Positions 49,008-59,133 are shown, numbered from the stretch's first letter. The stretch is DNA of 64,000 nt from Cyanobacteria bacterium auto_48_18 (GCA_036170915.1 JAVHQC010000010.1:32001-96000), one strand, 5' to 3'. Notes: generated by a model not told the origin, from the letters alone. Translations and numbers: made by a program.

Positions 49008-49090
49008 CTTTTGAAATGTCCGCAGTGTTGGTGCCGCCCCAACAGACTCAATCCCTTGTGTCTCTCGTACTGGAGTTCCTGCGATGAACA
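48980..49090 (-). ncRNA. Candidate ~110-nt small RNA or attenuator of unknown family
   Basis: Closing stem CGCAG/CUGCG around hairpins AGACACAA-GGGA-UUGAGUCU and GUUGG-N7-CCAAC, then a terminator; AT-rich -10-like sequence upstream. Confidence 0.55.
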
Positions 49091-49264
49091 AATATATTAT
49101 TTCCCATCAAACCTCATAAAACCTACGCTTTTAACCTTTCGTTTATTATGCCCGTAACAAGCGTAATACTACGTGGCATATACAATATGTACTCTGGGTG
49201 TGTACAAGATGTGAACATAACCCTGACCGTAGTACCACTTTAACCTGGCTATGAAATAGACGGA

Positions 49265-50137
49265 ATGACTACAAGAATGTTTCCACGGTGTTACAAAGAA
49301 ACTTTGACGGCAGCCCAAAAGGTTTGCTGCTATTGCCTCTTCCTCATTACAAGTGTAACGTTCATGGTCTCAAGTTATCCGCCGGCAAGTGCTCAATATC
49401 GCAAACCGCAGACGAGACCAGCTCAAAGTGGAGCAGCTACAGTCTATCCGGAATACCGCAGCCGTTATGGCAGTGTGCACTGGGTGCGCGACCAGATGCC
49501 GCTCAAAGTCTACATCTCCCCTGGTCTGACTTTAGACAGCATCATGGATCCTAAATGGGGCGCGCCTGTTGCCAACACAGACAATCTGGCAGCCTGGCCC
49601 AACCTGGTTGCCCAGGTAGTTTCAGACCCAGAGCAATTTCGGGCGCTGAAACCGGCAGATGGCTACGTAGCCGGCCATTACCAGGCGGCACTGGAAGGGG
49701 TGCTGTCATGGAAAATTTTTGAACGGGAAGGCTTGTTTTCATATCAGTTGACTGATGATCCTGGCGAAGCCGACATTTATGTCTTCTTTACCAATCACTT
49801 TGTCGGCAAGAACGGCATGGCGCTGTTCTCTCAAGACGTTCGGGGCTACACATCTAAAACAAACTTTCCCTACAAAGCCATTCTGGCGGGCGGCCAGGCC
49901 GATTTTAAACCAGCTGTAATTGTGTTGCGCACCACTGATGGTCAAGGGCAACCCATGGCACTGGGTAAATTGAAAGCAGCTGCTACTCACGAATTTGGCC
50001 ACGCCCTTGGCATAGAAGGCCACAGCACTAATCCGGGAGACTTAATGAGTCTCTATTATGGCCGTGGAGTAATATCGCCTAATGACGCGGCTACAATCAG
50101 GCATCTTTATCATCTGACACCAGATTTAATACCATAG
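49265..50137 (+). CDS. Exported matrixin-like (metzincin) metalloprotease
   Basis: HEFGHALGIEGHS and Met-turn DLM. Confidence 0.9.
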   Translation: MTTRMFPRCYKETLTAAQKVCCYCLFLITSVTFMVSSYPPASAQYRKPQTRPAQSGAATVYPEYRSRYGSVHWVRDQMPLKVYISPGLTLDSIMDPKWGAPVANTDNLAAWPNLVAQVVSDPEQFRALKPADGYVAGHYQAALEGVLSWKIFEREGLFSYQLTDDPGEADIYVFFTNHFVGKNGMALFSQDVRGYTSKTNFPYKAILAGGQADFKPAVIVLRTTDGQGQPMALGKLKAAATHEFGHALGIEGHSTNPGDLMSLYYGRGVISPNDAATIRHLYHLTPDLIP

Positions 50138-50152
50138 AAAGATGCCATTGCA

Positions 50153-51124
50153 ATGACTGATTTTGACGATTACCAATCAAGACGACCGAAGCCCAGGCCT
50201 ACAAGGATGCCACGCGCCTATCAGCCGAAAGAAGATCTAGACGATAGCGACGGCTTCAACGACGATTTTACTCAGCATGTACCTGAAACAAGACGCGAAC
50301 CAAAAGTAAGCACAGACTTCTCACGCAGCCGCAAATCATCGAGCAGGCCGCAAAGCTTTGATCCTCGTGGTACTGAAATTGGCCCAGCAAGCGGCAGTAG
50401 AGGGAAAAAGAAAGGCGGCAAAAAATCATTCAGTGAAGACGATAAAGAAACAAGAAGCAAAAAACTTCGCAACTTACTCAGCAATCAGGCTCTCTGCCTC
50501 GTTATTATATTTGGCCTGCTTGGTGCCTTTAACTGGATGGCCACCGACTACAGCGGAGAATACATCAGCCAGGATAAAAACCTTGGACTGGTCAAACTAT
50601 CATTGATACGTCGCGCCACCACCATTGATGGCGAACTTTATTACAAAAACACGCCGACTATGGAAATGCAACAGGGCGAACAGCCTAAAGAAGGCCAGGT
50701 TGACTTGGTTTTTGTCAATCAAAATAAGTGGGCAGTCAGACCTCGCTCTATTCAACGCGCTCGCTTTATCGGCACCATTGATGGTTCTATGGCCGAAGGC
50801 GCCGTGGTAGATGCCCGCGGCAGCCACCCTGTACGCCTGACGAAAAACATTGTGGCATCGCTTTTTAAACAGCTGCAAGCGCACATTCCTACCTGGCGAA
50901 CACCACCACCACCAACGTTCTTCCATGTACCTGATCATGCGCCACAGCAGGCAATAACACCCATGCCCGGTCAAGCTCGCTTCAATCAGACTTCCAATAG
51001 TGGTGCTGTCAATCTTAATCGCCGCGGGCGCTCGAACGATTCACAAAGCGCCAGCCCAAAAGAAGGGTCGGCGCCTCAGCCCTTTAACCTGACTTCGCCT
51101 TTCAAGCAGTTTCAGTCTAAATAA
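50153..51124 (+). CDS. Single-pass hypothetical membrane protein with disordered termini
   Basis: Charged low-complexity N-terminus, TM LCLVIIFGLLGAF, beta-rich domain. Confidence 0.7.
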   Translation: MTDFDDYQSRRPKPRPTRMPRAYQPKEDLDDSDGFNDDFTQHVPETRREPKVSTDFSRSRKSSSRPQSFDPRGTEIGPASGSRGKKKGGKKSFSEDDKETRSKKLRNLLSNQALCLVIIFGLLGAFNWMATDYSGEYISQDKNLGLVKLSLIRRATTIDGELYYKNTPTMEMQQGEQPKEGQVDLVFVNQNKWAVRPRSIQRARFIGTIDGSMAEGAVVDARGSHPVRLTKNIVASLFKQLQAHIPTWRTPPPPTFFHVPDHAPQQAITPMPGQARFNQTSNSGAVNLNRRGRSNDSQSASPKEGSAPQPFNLTSPFKQFQSK

Positions 51125-52103
51125 CTTTTGATGCCTGCACAGCAGCTTTTGCACTTTTAGCAGACGGCCCTGGCCCATGAATCAATTCAATAACAGTGGC
51201 CGCTGGCGGGCAGAACAAGCGAATATTGCTTCTTGGGTCAGCACCAAGGCCGCGCGAAACATGAATTTTGGTGCCGCCTACATCAACCATGCCCGAGGCA
51301 TTTTTTCTCGACAAATCAGAATCGGTAATTAAGGCACCAAGACCCGGCACGCGAATTTGTCCACCATGTGTGTGCCCACCAAAAGCGGCATGAAATCCGG
51401 CTTTAGAGAAGCTATCAAGATACTTAGGCACATGAAAGAGAGCCAATTTGAGGGCATCAGCTGGAGCCTTGTCCATCATCTGCTGCAGCTCATTTTCTTT
51501 CATGCCAAAATAATCAATGCCGACAATGAAGAGATTTTCTTCGGCAATGAGAACGCTTTCGTTAATGAGAACTTTAAATCCACCAGCCTCGAGTGAAATA
51601 CGATGAGGCTCAACATTGTTGCGATGTACCGGATGCCTGTACTTGCGATTGAGACGACCAAAAGTCTTATTGAAAATGGAGTAGTCATAATAATCGTGAT
51701 TGCCAAAGACCGCATAGGCACCTAAGCGCGGCTTACGGCTGAGCAGGCTCGGACCAAATTTGAGCCCATCCAAGAACTCAAAAACATCACCAGTTAAAAC
51801 AATCAGGTCATAGTCTTCGTCTGTAATCTTGCGAATAAACTGTACTTTTTCCTCATCATTGCCAGAAAGATGCAAATCTGAAATGTGTAAAATCTTCAAA
51901 TTTTGCTTGCCGCTTGCCGCACCGCCCACGGTGCCTGTGCGTACTCGCAATTGTTCGAGGCGAAAGCGTTTAGTCTCTACTCTGGTGCCATAATAAAAAA
52001 GCCCCAGTCCAAGCCCAAGGGTTACCGCTGCCAGACCAGCTAAACCTAAATACAGCTTCCAGTTAACCTGACTGAGATCTTTAGACAAACTCTTCCACCA
52101 CAT
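51117..52103 (-). CDS. Membrane-anchored metallophosphoesterase (YkuE-like)
   Basis: ISDLH, LTGD, GNHD, GHTHGGQ, VSRGLG. Confidence 0.92.
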   Translation of the reverse strand: MWWKSLSKDLSQVNWKLYLGLAGLAAVTLGLGLGLFYYGTRVETKRFRLEQLRVRTGTVGGAASGKQNLKILHISDLHLSGNDEEKVQFIRKITDEDYDLIVLTGDVFEFLDGLKFGPSLLSRKPRLGAYAVFGNHDYYDYSIFNKTFGRLNRKYRHPVHRNNVEPHRISLEAGGFKVLINESVLIAEENLFIVGIDYFGMKENELQQMMDKAPADALKLALFHVPKYLDSFSKAGFHAAFGGHTHGGQIRVPGLGALITDSDLSRKNASGMVDVGGTKIHVSRGLGADPRSNIRLFCPPAATVIELIHGPGPSAKSAKAAVQASKVI

Positions 52104-52980
52104 GATAGCGCTCTGTCGGTTTCGCTTGTGGTGCTGTGCGGGAACTCAATTCTGGTGCCACCAGAGTTCGAGTCAACCAGCGAAATGGAAAAGCGATACC
52201 AACTAAAATTACACTACAGAGGACGTCGTAGGGCAGCGGATACCAGGTCATATTGCGAGCCAGTTGAAACACCCAGGGCTGCCAGGCCAGCGAGGCACGG
52301 TTGCCGTCAAGCAAGTATGAAACCAGACAACTGCCGAGCAAATAGAAAATTCCCGACAGATGCACAACCGTTAAGCCTGCCGCTATTGAGAGGATTTGCA
52401 CCAAACTAGTGCGAGGACCGCGTGTAATCATTCCCACCACAGCGGCTGCTGGAATTAGGGCCAGAAGATAGCCGAAACCTGGCTGTTGATAGTAATCAGG
52501 CCCACCACCAGAAGCAAAAGAGTGGATGCCCAGGAATGGCCCAATCAGGCCCAAGAAGACAAAAGTAGCACAAGCACTGGCACCGATCACCGGCCCGAGA
52601 ACGTAACCGATGAAAATGGCAGCGGCAGCCAGGGGCATATAGAAAGTTTTGCGCACAGGAGCATTGGCTTTAGTTAAAAGCGGCACACGGCTCTCTAGTG
52701 TAGTTTCAATCTTGCTTTTGTAACGTTCTGGAATCAGGTGATAGCCATCGCGCAGCTGATTTTCGCCAAAAGCGATGAGATTGCGCTGGCTAGCCACCGG
52801 CACCTCAAAAGATGTGAACTGGGCCAGAAAAAGCACCAACATACCTAGAAGGGTCAAAATAATCTGGCCTAAAGTAGACCTGCGTTTGATGCGCGGTGCA
52901 ATATCCTGGGCAACTAAACGCAATTGAACCTCCAGCCGTTTAACATGTCTATTTTCGTTTGCCGCCTTATGACAAGTCAA
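52081..52980 (-). CDS. bioY: Biotin transporter BioY with soluble insertion
   Basis: VLGPVIG, FLGLIG, FASGGG, PGFGYLL, VHLSG. Confidence 0.8.
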   Translation of the reverse strand: MTCHKAANENRHVKRLEVQLRLVAQDIAPRIKRRSTLGQIILTLLGMLVLFLAQFTSFEVPVASQRNLIAFGENQLRDGYHLIPERYKSKIETTLESRVPLLTKANAPVRKTFYMPLAAAAIFIGYVLGPVIGASACATFVFLGLIGPFLGIHSFASGGGPDYYQQPGFGYLLALIPAAAVVGMITRGPRTSLVQILSIAAGLTVVHLSGIFYLLGSCLVSYLLDGNRASLAWQPWVFQLARNMTWYPLPYDVLCSVILVGIAFPFRWLTRTLVAPELSSRTAPQAKPTERYHVVEEFV

Positions 52981-53068
52981 CCCCTGCTATATACAGAGCA
53001 TGACTAGAAGTAATGACTTTTTTGGCAATATCGTACGATTTAAGCTAACTTTTGAGCCGAAGTGCGCC

Positions 53069-53674
53069 TCAAGAGAGGGTATCGTCGGCGTCACATTCGA
53101 GCTCAGGGCGCATAAACAGCTTGTCTAGAGCATCGAGATCGCCTACTACCTCGGCCAATCCACGCTCTTTCACTCTTTTCTTAAATAAAGTAAGGAAATC
53201 AGGAGAGGTCAGCCTGTCGGTCCACAAAACCATGGCGTCTTCGTCATTGTCTTGATAGTAGTTGGGACGAATACCTAAGCTGCGAAAACCATACTTACCA
53301 TACAGACGTTGGGCAGACTCGTTGGAAATGCGCACTTCCAGTGTGACTAAATCGGCTGCCATTTTGCGCGCCTGAATAATGTCGTTAACCAAAAGACGCT
53401 CGCCCACATGCATGCGGCGATACTCGGGATGCACAGCCAAAGTGGTGATGTGCGCTTCGTCGCCGATTAACCAGTAACCCGAATAACCAATCAAATGACC
53501 TTCACTGTCACGCGCAGCAAAATAATGGCCGCTGGTATTGAGCAGCTCATTCATGAACGACTGACGCGACCAGTGGTGCGAGCCGAAAGCCACGGGTTCA
53601 ATTTCCATGACTTCTTCGAGATCGCTTAAGGTCAAAGCGCTAATCTCAATTACTTTCGACTTTTTCGATAGCAT
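53069..53674 (-). CDS. rimI: Ribosomal-protein N-acetyltransferase
   Basis: DEAHITTLAVHPEYRR, TLEVRISN, RPNYYQDNDEDAMVLW. Confidence 0.93.
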   Translation of the reverse strand: MLSKKSKVIEISALTLSDLEEVMEIEPVAFGSHHWSRQSFMNELLNTSGHYFAARDSEGHLIGYSGYWLIGDEAHITTLAVHPEYRRMHVGERLLVNDIIQARKMAADLVTLEVRISNESAQRLYGKYGFRSLGIRPNYYQDNDEDAMVLWTDRLTSPDFLTLFKKRVKERGLAEVVGDLDALDKLFMRPELECDADDTLS

Positions 53675-54455
53675 CGCCTTTTTTCAGTGTCACTGATGCG
53701 CCCCGCAAATAGAGCGGCTCTGTTAGCCGATAGTGAAATGCAGCAGGCTCGGTTATACCTTTCAAAGATACCCGAAGCCAGGCAATTTTGGCTTGTTCTG
53801 CAGCAATATTCTTAACGGGCGGCAGCAATTGGCAATTACGCAACTGCGGCAGGCGCTCTAAAACACTGGCGTCGCAATACCAGCGCGGCGCCAAATTTTG
53901 CTCAGCCAACATGGTTTCATAAGTCAGATAGCGCGGCAAAACGGCGGCCGCCACATCGGCAAAATCTAAACCAGCACCCTGAGCCTGTGTATACACAGCC
54001 ATATAACAATGAGTGCGAGAGGCTTCTTTGATAATGCCGACGCACTCTTCAGGCTGTAAATTAAAGCAAGCCACTTCAAGGGAATTAATTCCAATCAACG
54101 GCACTTTTAAGGCCTGGGCAATTGTGCGCGCAGTAGTGATGGCGACACGAATACCAGTAAATCCGCCTGGTCCAATGCCTACAGCCAGGCAACCAATGTC
54201 GCTTTTATTCAGGCCGTGTTCGCTCAAAAGTTTATCAATGGTGGGAATCAGCAAACTGACCGACTCTTGTCGGTTGGTTTTCTTAGCGCCGACGCTCGGT
54301 GCCGCAAGGGGCAACCGGGGATCATGAGCAGACAATTCACCAAAATCAATGCGCTCTTGCGCAATCAGCTTGCCACCAGCCTTGGTGCTACTGCCGCCTT
54401 CAAAGAGAGCGACCGTGAGTTCGCGGCCACTGGTATCAAAGGAAAGAAATAGCAT
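53646..54455 (-). CDS. tsaB: t6A biosynthesis protein TsaB
   Basis: FDTS, GIGPGGFTGIRV, EPLYLR; upstream of rimI. Confidence 0.92.
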   Translation of the reverse strand: MLFLSFDTSGRELTVALFEGGSSTKAGGKLIAQERIDFGELSAHDPRLPLAAPSVGAKKTNRQESVSLLIPTIDKLLSEHGLNKSDIGCLAVGIGPGGFTGIRVAITTARTIAQALKVPLIGINSLEVACFNLQPEECVGIIKEASRTHCYMAVYTQAQGAGLDFADVAAAVLPRYLTYETMLAEQNLAPRWYCDASVLERLPQLRNCQLLPPVKNIAAEQAKIAWLRVSLKGITEPAAFHYRLTEPLYLRGASVTLKKGDAIEKVESN

Positions 54456-57400
54456 TACTGTTCTTTTGCAGCAGTGCCACTCGCAGTCTTGACACCATTG
54501 CCGTTCGCATCAATTGATTCATTAGAATCGCTTGAATTGCTTGAATTGCTTGAATTGATTGGATCACTTAGATCCTTTGGATCAATCGGATCAACGTCAG
54601 CGGTTTCTTCACCAAGTGGTGCCATGGCAATTGTATCTTCGTATGCCTCGTCATCGTCACCGTCTTCGATTTCTAGTAGCTCAACACCCACGGACGGATT
54701 TGTCGCATCTTCCGACGAAGCCGCTCCAGCCATGAGTTCAGCCATTCCGGGCCCATTCAAGATGGCTTCGAGTTCTTCGATATTTAAGCCACCATCTTCA
54801 TGGCCGAAGCTTTGCGCTTCTTGCACCTGCTTGATGATATTGATTAGATCTTCAGGTGTCATGCCTTCAGGCAAATTCTCAAATGTCAAATTGTCCAGAT
54901 CGTCAATTTCAATAGATTGAGGCTGGGCGCGGAATATTTGCTGAATTGCTTCAGTTTGAATACTGCGCAGAAGCTGGTTAAACATGTTGAAAGCTTCGCG
55001 TTTGTACTCTTGCAAAGGATCTTTCTGGGCGTAGGTGCGCAGATTAATGCCATCACGCAATAGATCGATATTGTGCAAATAATCAACCCATTTGCTGTCG
55101 ATATTGTGCAGCAAAACTTGCCGCTCAAATTCGCGCATGTCTTCAGCGCCGATGTGCTCTTCTCTAACTTTATAGGCCAGCTCTAGATCTTCCCAGAGTT
55201 TTTGTCTCAAGTCGTCGTAAGCAAGATTTTTCAGGTCTTCTACTTTGACTTCAGCCATCATGGGCACATCTACAGCCAGATTGCGCAGAACCTCAGGCAG
55301 CTGCTCTTCTTCCCACATGTCGCTTGGCGCATCAGGGTCGATCTGCGCTTCAAGAATAAGATCGAGGTGCTCACGCAGCATGTCGTGCATGCCGGCCCGC
55401 AAATCGGCTTTCTCTAAAATGCGTCTGCGTTCACGATAGATTACTTCACGCTGAGTGTTCAAAACATCATCGTATTGCAAAACGTGTTTTCTGGTATCGA
55501 AGTGGTGCGCTTCTACTTTTTTCTGCGCGTTCTCAATAGACTTGCTCACCATGCCCGATTCGATAGGCATGTCTTCGTCAGCTTTGATCATATCCATCAA
55601 CTTAGATATGGCGGCACCACCGAAGATGCGCATCAACTGATCTTCAAGCGACAAGAAAAAGCGAGTGGTGCCGGGGTCACCCTGTCGTCCAGCGCGACCG
55701 CGCAGCTGATTATCGATGCGGCGGGCTTCGTGACGCTCGGTACCAATAATATGCAAACCACCAACTTTGACCACTTCATCGTGTTCTTTGTCGGTCTGCT
55801 CTTTCATTTTTATGGTCAGCTCTTTGACCTTGGCATCATAGAGAGCGAGACGCTCCGGATCGTGCAGTAAGTCTTCTGAGTCAGGAAACTCTTTTAAAAG
55901 TTTCTCTTTGGCCAGATACTCGGCGTTACCACCAAGCAAAATATCAGTACCACGACCGGCCATGTTAGTCGCAACGGTTACGGCCGCTTTACGCCCGGCC
56001 TGAGCCACAATCATGGCTTCTTTATCGTGTTGTTTGGCATTGAGCACATGGTGATCAATACCCTTGCGAATCACTGCCACCACTTTGGCTGTGCGCAGCG
56101 CAGAGAAGAGTCTTTCTGCCAGTTCTTCTTCTTTGGGAAATTCACTTTCGGCTTTTTTAACAAGAGTCTCGAGCTTATCGACTTCAATTTGACCGGGACG
56201 CTCAAAAATTTTGCGCAATCCGTCGATTGTCTCTCCACTGAGGTTTCTGGCCTTCATATGAGCGTCAATTCTTTTGATTTTCTCAAGAAGATATTGGCTC
56301 ATGCCCTGCGGCTTACTTAAAAGGTCGTCAATCAGCTCTGACTTTTCAATGGACACAGTACCTACGAGTACCGGGCGACCGAGCTCGTACATGTCCACAA
56401 TTTCTTCAACCACGGCGATATATTTCATGCGCTCGTTCTTGTAGATAATGTCTGGAGAATCGACGCGCTGGTTGTTGCGATTTGTGGGTATCGCCACAAC
56501 ATCAAGGTTGTAAATTTTAGAGAACTCAGCTGCTTCAGTCATAGCCGTACCGGTCATACCAGCCAGCTTTGGATAAAGTCTGAACAAGTTTTGATAGGTA
56601 ATGGACGCGTAAGTCATGGTCTCTTCTTGAATCGGCACGCGCTCTTTCGCTTCAATCGCCTGGTGCAAACCATCGCTCCAGCGGCGGCCCTGCATCATGC
56701 GGCCGGTAAATTCATCGACGATGCAAATTTCTGGCTTGCCTTCTTCGTTTGGATGAATTACATACTCGGTATCGATGCGATAAAGCTCTTTTGCTCTCAA
56801 AGCTTGCACCAGGTGGTGCGAATAATTGTTATGCATATCGAACAGATCTGGCACATCAAGCATCTTTTCAGCGTTGATGATGCCTTGCTCTGTAAGCAAA
56901 ACGTTGCGTTGCTTTTCGTCTACCCAGTAGTCGCATTCTTCGTCATCTTTGTCTTTACCGCGCTCAAGCAGCGGGGCCAATTGCGACATACGCACATAAA
57001 GATCGGCGTGAGAATCACGAGGGAAGCCCGAAATGATTAGCGGTGTTCTGGCTTCGTCAATGAGAATGTTATCGACTTCGTCAACAATGGCAAAGTAATA
57101 AGGACGCTGCACCAGCTCTTCTAAAGACTTGCGCATATTATCGCGCAAATAGTCGAAACCAAATTCGTGGTTGGTACCATAGGTGATATCAGCACGATAA
57201 GCTTGATATTTTTCGTGATCAGGTTGATGCGAATAAACCAGCCCTGTGCTCAGGCCAAGAAACTTATATAAACGGCCCATCCACTCAGAGTCACGTCTGG
57301 CCAGGTAATCGTTTACTGTGACCACATGAACGCCGCGACCAGCAAGCGCATTGAGATAAGTCGGCAGAGTAGCTACCAGGGTCTTACCTTCACCTGTGCG

Positions 57401-57808
57401 CATTTCAGCAATTTTATTGAAGTGCAGCGCTGCCCCACCCATAAACTGCACATCGAAGTGGCGCATACCAAGCACGCGCTTGCTCGCTTCGCGACAAACG
57501 GCGAAAGCCTCAGGCAGCATTTGTTCTAAAAGATGTGAGAGCACGATGTCTTTTTTCGTGCGCATTTGCCCCGGCATTTTTGGAGTTTCGTCGGGAATGA
57601 GCTTGATGTCTTCCACATCTTTCAGCGCTTCGGCGATGCGGTTTTTAAATTCGTCAGTTTTAGCTCGCAGTTCTTCGTCAGACAATTTCTGCATAGCGGC
57701 TTCAAAAGAATTGGCTTTATCGACATACGGTTGCAGATGCTGCACGCGCTTTTCGTTGGTGTCGCCAAACAGACGTTTTAAAAAACCGTCAATACCATCC
57801 AACATCAA
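54455..57808 (-). CDS. secA: Preprotein translocase ATPase SecA
   Basis: MRTGEGKT, VDEVD, GRRWSDGLHQ, ATNMAGRGTDI, QLRGRAGRQGDPG, QKDPLQEYK. Confidence 0.98.
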   Translation of the reverse strand: MMLDGIDGFLKRLFGDTNEKRVQHLQPYVDKANSFEAAMQKLSDEELRAKTDEFKNRIAEALKDVEDIKLIPDETPKMPGQMRTKKDIVLSHLLEQMLPEAFAVCREASKRVLGMRHFDVQFMGGAALHFNKIAEMRTGEGKTLVATLPTYLNALAGRGVHVVTVNDYLARRDSEWMGRLYKFLGLSTGLVYSHQPDHEKYQAYRADITYGTNHEFGFDYLRDNMRKSLEELVQRPYYFAIVDEVDNILIDEARTPLIISGFPRDSHADLYVRMSQLAPLLERGKDKDDEECDYWVDEKQRNVLLTEQGIINAEKMLDVPDLFDMHNNYSHHLVQALRAKELYRIDTEYVIHPNEEGKPEICIVDEFTGRMMQGRRWSDGLHQAIEAKERVPIQEETMTYASITYQNLFRLYPKLAGMTGTAMTEAAEFSKIYNLDVVAIPTNRNNQRVDSPDIIYKNERMKYIAVVEEIVDMYELGRPVLVGTVSIEKSELIDDLLSKPQGMSQYLLEKIKRIDAHMKARNLSGETIDGLRKIFERPGQIEVDKLETLVKKAESEFPKEEELAERLFSALRTAKVVAVIRKGIDHHVLNAKQHDKEAMIVAQAGRKAAVTVATNMAGRGTDILLGGNAEYLAKEKLLKEFPDSEDLLHDPERLALYDAKVKELTIKMKEQTDKEHDEVVKVGGLHIIGTERHEARRIDNQLRGRAGRQGDPGTTRFFLSLEDQLMRIFGGAAISKLMDMIKADEDMPIESGMVSKSIENAQKKVEAHHFDTRKHVLQYDDVLNTQREVIYRERRRILEKADLRAGMHDMLREHLDLILEAQIDPDAPSDMWEEEQLPEVLRNLAVDVPMMAEVKVEDLKNLAYDDLRQKLWEDLELAYKVREEHIGAEDMREFERQVLLHNIDSKWVDYLHNIDLLRDGINLRTYAQKDPLQEYKREAFNMFNQLLRSIQTEAIQQIFRAQPQSIEIDDLDNLTFENLPEGMTPEDLINIIKQVQEAQSFGHEDGGLNIEELEAILNGPGMAELMAGAASSEDATNPSVGVELLEIEDGDDDEAYEDTIAMAPLGEETADVDPIDPKDLSDPINSSNSSNSSDSNESIDANGNGVKTASGTAAKEQ

Positions 57809-58025
57809 CTAAATCTCCCGCAAAGCCAGCCAAGGGCGTATCTTACCGCGCAAAACGAAGTAAAGGCGCCACTGCAAGTGTATTTTAACATCTTGCAGCA
57901 TCCATCCCGCTTGTGAGCCACACTGGCCGGCGCCTGCTATCATGGTCAACTGCTCGTCAAGCGCCCAAGTGCAGGCTCCGGCGCAAACTTTATGAGTAAA
58001 ACTAAACTGAATATCAGGAATAACA

Positions 58026-59114
58026 ATGACCACAGGCGACACAAGCGAAATAAAAGAAGATGCCGCTCATTTAGCGCCAAAACAGGCGTTATCGGGCCTT
58101 TCTTTGGCAGAGCTGACCAAATTCGTTAAAACGCTTGGCCTGCCGGTCTTCAGAGCAAAGCAAATCCACACCTGGATTTACGTCAAGTATGCCAATTCTT
58201 TTGAAGAAATGACCGACCTCTCAGTGGAGCTGCGCCACAAGCTCAATCAGGTGGCTCAGGTGCCTCTGCTCAAAATTGCCCACCTGGAAGTAAGCAGGGA
58301 CGGCACTCGCAAATATCTCTTCCAGCTGCCTGATGGCAAACTGGTGGAATCGGTGCTCATGACATTCCAGGACCGTGACAGTTTGTCGGCCTGCGTTTCA
58401 TCACAAGTGGGCTGCGCCGTGGGTTGCACTTTCTGCGCCACTGGCTACCTGGGCTTCAAACGCAATTTGACCCAGCAAGAAATAGTCGATCAGGCCATGT
58501 CGATTCAACGCGAATCTGGCAAACGCATCGCAAATATTGTTTACATGGGCCAGGGCGAGCCACTGCTAAACACTGAAGAAGTAATTGCTTCTATACACAC
58601 GATTAATCAGTCTGTGGGAATCGGGGCGCGTCACATCACTGTTTCTACCTCAGGTGTAGTGCCGGGCATCAATCGCCTGGCGGAAGAAAATTTGCCTGTT
58701 ACGCTGGCACTTTCACTGCACGCCCCAGACGCAACCACCCGCGAAGAAATTGTGCCGATTACTAAAAAATGGCCAATCAACGAAGTCATGGCGGCGGTGC
58801 GAAACTATTACAATGCCACCAAACGCAGAGTCACCATTGAATATGTTTTGCTTGAAGGCGTAAACGATTCTGTTGAACAAGCAGTGCAGCTGGCCGAAAT
58901 GGTGCGCGATTTGCACTGCAATATCAATTTGATTCCGTTCAATCCGACCAAAAATAACGACGGCGAAATTTTATACGGCCGCCCGCAACTCTCAGCCCAG
59001 CACAAGTTTGCCAGCGCCGCAGCGCGCACAGGCAAAACAGTCACCATACGCTTAGAGCGTGGCACCGATATCGACGCTGCTTGTGGGCAATTGGCAAACA
59101 AATTTGTGGAATAA
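58026..59114 (+). CDS. rlmN: 23S rRNA/tRNA m2A methyltransferase RlmN (radical SAM)
   Basis: SSQVGCAVGCTFCATG, MGQGEP, SLHAP, DIDAACGQL. Confidence 0.96.
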   Translation: MTTGDTSEIKEDAAHLAPKQALSGLSLAELTKFVKTLGLPVFRAKQIHTWIYVKYANSFEEMTDLSVELRHKLNQVAQVPLLKIAHLEVSRDGTRKYLFQLPDGKLVESVLMTFQDRDSLSACVSSQVGCAVGCTFCATGYLGFKRNLTQQEIVDQAMSIQRESGKRIANIVYMGQGEPLLNTEEVIASIHTINQSVGIGARHITVSTSGVVPGINRLAEENLPVTLALSLHAPDATTREEIVPITKKWPINEVMAAVRNYYNATKRRVTIEYVLLEGVNDSVEQAVQLAEMVRDLHCNINLIPFNPTKNNDGEILYGRPQLSAQHKFASAAARTGKTVTIRLERGTDIDAACGQLANKFVE

Positions 59115-59133
59115 AATTAGCAACTAAATTGCT

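Noticed and set aside
49060..49085. glmS ribozyme resemblance (GAACU..AGU.ACGAG) upstream of glmU
   Set aside because: Lacks the AGCGCC cleavage-site motif and the downstream UAUCGA/GGCGGAUG core; too short
54530..54557. CTTGAATTG x3 tandem repeat
   Set aside because: Encodes the Ser/Asn repeat in the SecA tail
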